A stretch of 64,000 nt of DNA, taken from the NCBI GenBank assembly GCA_964342785.1, contig CAYFGI010000001.1, forward strand, positions 38,928-102,927, written 5' to 3'. Positions 59,163 through 64,000 of the stretch are shown piece by piece. The notes beneath the pieces are model-generated. The model had not been told where the DNA came from. It made no database searches and saw only the letters and a program-made list of their open reading frames with translations. How positions within the stretch are numbered: the stretch's first letter is position 1; every line of letters begins with the position of its first letter. The DNA comes from an uncultured Thermoproteaceae archaeon (GTDB lineage: Archaea > Thermoproteota > Thermoprotei > Thermoproteales > Thermoproteaceae). The position numbers and the translations under genes were made by a program.

Positions 59163-59867
59163 CTAAACTACGACAAGCTTGTTGGGAAGCGCGTTCGATG
59201 CGAGCTTCCTATGGATAGCCCGTAGGATCTCCGGCTTGAGCATCGGTTTATGTTGAGTCAAAACTTTCCGTAAAGCCCGCCCGCAGTAAATACATCTGGA
59301 GATCCTAGCGCCGTACATCAAGAAATCCACGCCGCAGTGAGTGCACCTGCCTATCTCGGGCAACGCCGATGTTGCCTCGAAGGCCGCCAGATCGGGGGGC
59401 CCCCTCAGGACGACGCCGGATGCATAGGGGCCTAGCCTAAGCGCCTTATCTAAGTCGGCTAGCAACAAGACCTCGATTTGTCTCCTATACACCTCGCCGG
59501 CCCGCCTCAACGCCCTCCTGACTTCGTGCTCCTCGTCGGCTTCAACTACGATGAACGACGCATCGTCTGGAGCTTCGGGCACGCCGAACCTATATTTCAC
59601 TTCGTCTAAAACGCCGTCGGCTCCGCCAGCATAAGCCGCTAGCTTCTCCTCCGGATCCCTACCCCCGTAAAAGACCTTGATGCCCTTATTCTTCAGCAGG
59701 AACACAGCCGTGGCAATCGAGGTCAGCCGGGCCAGCTTTTCCGGCGATGAGCAATCGCCCACGGGCTCCCCCAACGCTATCGGCGTTCCGTCAACCGGCG
59801 AGCGGGAGCAGAGCCAGGATCCCGCGAACACCGCCACCGGAGGTCCCCTCGCGTATGCCACTATCAC
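59163..59867 (-). CDS. hypothetical protein with C-terminal zinc ribbon
   Basis: Contains CTHCGVDFLMYGARISRCIYCG. The true start is uncertain because the 5' part overlaps the divergent radical SAM ORF region. Confidence 0.4.
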   Translation of the reverse strand: MIVAYARGPPVAVFAGSWLCSRSPVDGTPIALGEPVGDCSSPEKLARLTSIATAVFLLKNKGIKVFYGGRDPEEKLAAYAGGADGVLDEVKYRFGVPEAPDDASFIVVEADEEHEVRRALRRAGEVYRRQIEVLLLADLDKALRLGPYASGVVLRGPPDLAAFEATSALPEIGRCTHCGVDFLMYGARISRCIYCGRALRKVLTQHKPMLKPEILRAIHRKLASNALPNKLVVV

Positions 59868-59884
59868 GCGGCGAAATCGCTGAG

Positions 59885-61150
59885 ATGTTTTTAAGATCTG
59901 CCCCCGTAGTTCGCGTGCTGATAGCCAGAGAGCTACCGGGCGCGCGCAACGGCTTGGCCTATGCGCTAGCCGCCGTGGAGGATAGGGAGAGGGTCTTGGT
60001 CGTGAGGAGCCGCGAAGAGCTCCTGGCCGCCATAGGCAAATCGGAGCGGCCTCTGGTGCTCTACAGCCTATCCACGCCCTCCTTCGTGGAGCATTGGCGT
60101 GAAATCACCGAGGTGGCCTCCAAGGCGGTAGTCGTCGCTGGAGGCCCGCAAGCAGTCGGCGATCCCGTGATCTTGCTGAGGCTCGGCGTCAAGTACGCCG
60201 TAATAGGCGACGGCGAGGTCGCGCTCCCTGCGATTGTGGAGAGAGAGCTGGGCGAGTCTAACGCGGCGCCGCCTAACACGATTTACCTCGACGGCGGAAT
60301 AAAGGCCGGGCCGAGGATCTACGTGAACTTGGACGACTACAGGACCTACAGCCTCGCGCTGGACGCCTACCCGCCCATAGAGATCATGAGGGGTTGCCCC
60401 TATAGGTGCTCCTTCTGCTCGACGTGGCGCCTCGGGCCCGTGAGGTACAGATCGGCCGACTCCGTGGCGGAGATCGCGAGGATCTACGTCGGCAAGGGCA
60501 TAACAGACATAAGGTTCATAGCGCCGGTGGGCTTCCTGTACGGCTCTCGCGACGGCAGATCCCCCAACGTGGAGGCGCTCGTGGAGTTGTTGGAGTCCGT
60601 CAGAAAGGCGGGCGGTAGGCCTTATTTGGGCACATTCCCCAGCGAGACCAGGCCCGAGACCGTCACCGATGAGGTGCTCAGAGCCATCAAGGGCCTTGTG
60701 GCTAACAGAAAGATCTCCCTCGGCCTACAGACCGGCTCGGAGAAGCTCTTGAGGGCGGCCAAGAGGGGGCACGACGTCGAGGCGGCCCTGGAGGCGGCCG
60801 AGATCGCGAGGAGACACGGCTTCATGCCCATAGTGGACATCATAGCCGGTCTGCCCGGAGAGGACGAGGAGGACGTCAAGGCCACGATCGCCGCCATGGA
60901 GCGCCTCGTGAGCCTGGGGGCAAAGATACGGCTCCACTACTTTATACCTCTGCCGGGCACGCCCATGTGGGGCATGAGGCCCGCGCCGCTGCACAAGGCG
61001 TATCTGGAGTTCGTTAAGAGGCATGCGCCCTATGTGGAGGGCTACTGGGCCGAGCAGGTGGAGCTCTCGCAGAGGATCTATGAGGCCTATCGCGAGATAC
61101 ATAGATATCTATCCAAGCTCGATGACGCCAAGCTCTTGGGCGAGCCTTAA
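59885..61150 (+). CDS. radical SAM protein with N-terminal B12-binding-like domain
   Basis: The CxxxCxxC cluster is RGCPYRCSFCSTW. I start it at MFLRSAPVVRVLIA (ATG 59885). Confidence 0.85.
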   Translation: MFLRSAPVVRVLIARELPGARNGLAYALAAVEDRERVLVVRSREELLAAIGKSERPLVLYSLSTPSFVEHWREITEVASKAVVVAGGPQAVGDPVILLRLGVKYAVIGDGEVALPAIVERELGESNAAPPNTIYLDGGIKAGPRIYVNLDDYRTYSLALDAYPPIEIMRGCPYRCSFCSTWRLGPVRYRSADSVAEIARIYVGKGITDIRFIAPVGFLYGSRDGRSPNVEALVELLESVRKAGGRPYLGTFPSETRPETVTDEVLRAIKGLVANRKISLGLQTGSEKLLRAAKRGHDVEAALEAAEIARRHGFMPIVDIIAGLPGEDEEDVKATIAAMERLVSLGAKIRLHYFIPLPGTPMWGMRPAPLHKAYLEFVKRHAPYVEGYWAEQVELSQRIYEAYREIHRYLSKLDDAKLLGEP

Positions 61151-61429
61151 GTACCACATGGCTACGTGTCTCGCCAACGATCTGACCGCAAGCCTCTCGT
61201 CGTAAACCCCTGTTAACTCCGCGTATGCTTGGGTCGCCGCCTCTCTGTCCAACTTGCCCTCAACTAAATTAGTCAGTCTCTCTAGAGCGTCAGCGGCGTT
61301 CGCGCCCGCCATAGAGGCTATGAGGTCTATGACGGCTCGATCGGGGACCAGAACTTCTAAAAGTTCTAATCGCCCTTTCTTTAGTAAAATATCTCTATAT
61401 TTAATTATTAAGGGATCAGTTAACTCCAT
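61109..61429 (-). CDS. hypothetical helical protein
   Basis: I start it at MELTDPLIIKY. It overlaps the upstream SDR gene by 10 nt and the convergent radical SAM gene by 42 nt. Confidence 0.35.
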   Translation of the reverse strand: MELTDPLIIKYRDILLKKGRLELLEVLVPDRAVIDLIASMAGANAADALERLTNLVEGKLDREAATQAYAELTGVYDERLAVRSLARHVAMWYLRLAQELGVIELG

Positions 61430-62316
61430 AGCATCTTGAACATCTGCACCATATCGTTTCTCCTGAAGGAGGCCTCGTAGCCGATCACGTTTTTCATCTT
61501 CTCGCAAGAGAACTCGACCCCCATGAATTTGAGCAAGCCCCTCACCGAGGAGGGGGCCAGGGCCTTGGCCAACGCCACGGGTAGGGGCAATTTAGCCAGC
61601 CTTCTGCCGGCCGCCTCCTCAAGCGCCTCAACCACTAGGTCGAAATCAACGGGCTTGCACTCAGTGGCGAAGAAATATTGACGCGACGGCGCTATGATCG
61701 CCGCCCTCTCTACGACCGCAGAGAGGTCGCTTACAGATATCGCGGAGAACTTGATCTTTATGCGGGGGGCTAGGCCCAGCTTAGCTACGCGCACCAAGGC
61801 GGCCCACTCGGGGTGATCGTTATATGGACCGTAGACGGCGGTGGGCCTTACGATAACCCAATCGTCGAAACAAGAAGCCACTGCGCGCTCCCCCTCGGCC
61901 TTCGTCTTATCGAAATAGGTGATCGGATCTATGCCCTCTAGGTGTCTTTCTTCCTCTCTAGTTCTACCCGGCCCGACCACGGTGGCTCCCGATATATGTA
62001 CGACGCGCCCGCGCCAGCCGACCCTCCGCGAGGCGTCGCATAGAGAGCGCGGGAAATCCGCGTTAGCTCTCCGTATTTCTTCGCGCGATCCATGCAACAC
62101 GGCCACTAGATTTACTACGACGTCGGGCGCGGCTTCTTCGATCAACGCGGCCGGGTCCGAGTATTCGCGTGCTTCAAGCCCGGCGAGGGCTTCAGCTATC
62201 AGTGGGCGTGGGGCGGCGCCTCTCCTTTTGCCGATAATAACCTCGTGTCCTTTAGATCTAAGATATCGGGCTAGGTTCACGCCTATGAACCCGGCGCCGC
62301 CGAAGAGCAAAAACTT
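61420..62316 (-). CDS. NAD-dependent epimerase/dehydratase-family (extended SDR) protein
   Basis: A GTG start gives VKFLLFGGAGFIGVNLARYL. Confidence 0.8.
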   Translation of the reverse strand, partial: KFLLFGGAGFIGVNLARYLRSKGHEVIIGKRRGAAPRPLIAEALAGLEAREYSDPAALIEEAAPDVVVNLVAVLHGSREEIRRANADFPRSLCDASRRVGWRGRVVHISGATVVGPGRTREEERHLEGIDPITYFDKTKAEGERAVASCFDDWVIVRPTAVYGPYNDHPEWAALVRVAKLGLAPRIKIKFSAISVSDLSAVVERAAIIAPSRQYFFATECKPVDFDLVVEALEEAAGRRLAKLPLPVALAKALAPSSVRGLLKFMGVEFSCEKMKNVIGYEASFRRNDMVQMFKMLWS

Positions 62317-62327
62317 CACGTAATGTT

Positions 62328-62936
62328 TCAACTGTTTATTATTATGCCTCCCGACATGAGGTAGTTGACGTCGCAAGGAACCACGGGATCCTCGTGGGAG
62401 ACGTAGCCTATAACCATATCGTCGGAGATCTCGCGGAGAGCATCGGCGAGGAGCCCTCTGCCCTCTTCATCTAGATGAGACTCGGGCTCGTCTAGCAACA
62501 AGGCGTCTTTAGCGCATGAAAATGCCAAGGCGAGCTGGATCCTACGTCTGACGCCAGGCGACAACGACGCCGCATTTCTATTCAAGACGTCGAATACGCC
62601 GAAATGTTTAATCCACCTCATGGCCATGTCTCTCCTGCAGAGAGAAAACAGAGACCGCACGGGCACCGAGAACAGCTCAGCGGTTTGAGGCAGATATACG
62701 ACCTTCCCCCTAAGCTTCTCCGCCTTACGCCAAGAGCCGGCGTCCACCCTTTCGCCGAAAAACACCAGGACGCCTTTATCGGGCCGTTCTAGAAACGCTA
62801 AAATCTTCAACAAAGTGCTTTTCCCCGCGCCGTTGGGGCCCCTTATGCAATTCACGCCGCTACGTAGTGTTATGTACACGCCCTTTAGGGCAGGCGTAGA
62901 GCCGAAAGATTTCCAAATATCCAAGCCTTGAATCAC
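62328..62936 (-). CDS. ABC transporter ATP-binding protein
   Basis: Walker A is GPNGAGKSTLLK, signature LSPGVRRR, Walker B LLLDEPESHLD. Confidence 0.85.
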   Translation of the reverse strand: MIQGLDIWKSFGSTPALKGVYITLRSGVNCIRGPNGAGKSTLLKILAFLERPDKGVLVFFGERVDAGSWRKAEKLRGKVVYLPQTAELFSVPVRSLFSLCRRDMAMRWIKHFGVFDVLNRNAASLSPGVRRRIQLALAFSCAKDALLLDEPESHLDEEGRGLLADALREISDDMVIGYVSHEDPVVPCDVNYLMSGGIIINS

Positions 62937-62959
62937 GCCCCCAACGCCGCGATGAGCTT

Positions 62960-63140
62960 AAAGACTTTAAATATATTTATTATTTATGATACATATAATA
63001 ACATAATATCATAATAAATTATCATTATAATTAATGTTTTAATAAAATTTATAATATATCAAATTAAACAATATTTTTGTTAAATAACATCTATTTCTCT
63101 TATTAAATAATAAAGATAACATTACATAATACATCAGGAC
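62960..63140. other. extremely AT-rich intergenic block (divergent promoter region)
   Basis: About 180 nt consist almost entirely of A/T, between the ABC ATPase gene (minus) and the binding-protein gene (plus). This contrasts sharply with the flanking GC-rich DNA. Confidence 0.8.
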
Positions 63141-63171
63141 AAGCCGTAAAGCTATTCGAGATCTCCTCCGC

Positions 63172-64000
63172 ATGGGCCGGGCCTTATACGCCGTAGCGGC
63201 CGTCGCCGTCGCGGCGTTGCTACTCGGCACATATATCTTCCTCACGATGCAACATGGGCGAACCAAGACCTCCATTGTTTTATGCATAGCGGGAGCTTAC
63301 GCGTCGGAAGGCCACGAGCTCGCCGATATGTTCAGCAACTTGACCGGATCGCAGGTCGTTGTGAAGCCGGGCGGCTCCTTCGCCCTGGCCCACGAGATCG
63401 CGTTGGGGAGCCCTTGCGATGTGTTCATGCCTGTAGCCTTCAGGCAAGCCGTCGTCGGCATGGGCGCATATAACCCGGGTTGGGCGATAGCTCTAGCCGC
63501 CGACAGCAACGTGATAGTTTACTCCAACGCCTCCATCAAGGCGTTTCCCGGCATGGCCGATCTAATATCGCTCTACGAGAGCGCATACACGACTAACGAC
63601 AGCAAGCTCTGGTATAGATTCTTCTACGAGCTGACGTCGGGAAGATATCCTCTGGGCGTCGCGAACCCGGCCACGGACCCCGAGGGACTCTACGCCATGT
63701 TGATCCTGGAGGCCGCGGGCGAGCTTTACGCTGGCGACGAAAGCTTCTTCATAGCGAGGATGGCGCAAAACCACGCGAATATAACTAGGAGTAGTACGTT
63801 CTACTACGTCGTGCCCCTCGAGGAAGGCCAGATAGCCTTCGTGTTCTCGTATAAATCGTACGCAGTGGCCAACAAGCTCCTATACCTAGAGCTACCGCCT
63901 TGGCTTAACTTCGGCGATATGAGTTATTCAAGCTGGTACTCGAGGTTCTCGTGGACGATACCGATAGGAGGCAACGCGACCTCTATCGAGGGGGCCCCAG
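63172..64000 (+). CDS. membrane-anchored ABC substrate-binding protein, tungstate/molybdate (WtpA/ModA)-like, 3' partial
   Basis: My own translation from ATG 63172 is MGRALYAVAAVAVAALLLG...IVLCIAGAYASEG...VVVKPGGSFALAHEIALGSPCDVFMPVA...LGVANPATDPEGLYAML. The frame is open to the window end and is absent from the ORF track. Confidence 0.6.
   Translation, partial: MGRALYAVAAVAVAALLLGTYIFLTMQHGRTKTSIVLCIAGAYASEGHELADMFSNLTGSQVVVKPGGSFALAHEIALGSPCDVFMPVAFRQAVVGMGAYNPGWAIALAADSNVIVYSNASIKAFPGMADLISLYESAYTTNDSKLWYRFFYELTSGRYPLGVANPATDPEGLYAMLILEAAGELYAGDESFFIARMAQNHANITRSSTFYYVVPLEEGQIAFVFSYKSYAVANKLLYLELPPWLNFGDMSYSSWYSRFSWTIPIGGNATSIEGAP

Noticed and set aside
62937-63171. The AT-rich block as a replication origin.
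   Set aside because: There is no adjacent orc1/cdc6 gene and no recognisable repeated origin-recognition-box-like elements. I kept it as an unexplained compositional anomaly instead.
63039-63287. The 82-aa minus-strand ORF in the AT-rich spacer.
   Set aside because: Its translation is low-complexity and Lys/Asn/Tyr/Leu-rich, generated by AT-rich DNA. It also overlaps the start of the plus-strand binding-protein gene.

Overview
The window looks like a chromosomal segment of a hyperthermophilic crenarchaeon, probably Thermoproteales-like. That assignment is an inference from several features. Coding DNA is GC-rich and intergenic spacers are sharply AT-rich. Many genes appear leaderless, with a TATA-like box about 20-25 nt upstream of the start. 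The eukaryote-type ribosomal proteins L15e, S24e and S27ae are present, Kae1 is unfused, and an RNase P Pop5/Rpp30 pair sits next to L15e. There is also a tRNA that only folds if two introns are removed.

Most of the window is housekeeping:
- Translation and RNA processing: AspRS, ValRS, AlaX, a beta-CASP RNase, NucS, Kae1 and a TtuA/Ncs6-like tRNA thiolase.
- Central metabolism: PEP synthase, succinyl-CoA synthetase, ThyX, UPRTase, threonine dehydratase and several aminotransferases.
- Metal and Fe-S handling: SufCB and an MntH-MntR module.
- Proteolysis: an M1 aminopeptidase.

The exception is a minus-strand island of about 13 kb (6471-19616) with 18 genes on that strand (a DUF192 gene lies antisense within it), many joined by ATGA start/stop overlaps. 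It encodes:
- a divergent FlaI/VirB11/TadA-type ATPase;
- a TadC/FlaJ-like membrane platform protein;
- a ParA/MinD-like ATPase that lacks the signature lysine;
- at least five proteins with class III (type IV pilin-like) signal peptides, one carrying a legume-lectin-like domain;
- three further small membrane-anchored proteins;
- a 956-aa Sec-secreted, sequon-rich protein positioned like bacterial PilY1;
- five soluble proteins I cannot assign.

I read this as a non-canonical, probably uncharacterised type IV filament (adhesion or possibly motility) system. A candidate A24 prepilin peptidase lies about 5 kb away.

Smaller items:
- one strong and one weak C/D box sRNA candidate;
- an 18-bp perfect palindrome over the ppsA promoter;
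- a DtxR-box-like core upstream of mntH;
- in-frame AT-rich patches inside GC-rich genes;
- an extremely AT-rich spacer of about 200 bp at 62.9-63.2 kb.

I saw no CRISPR array, rRNA, transposase or integrase.
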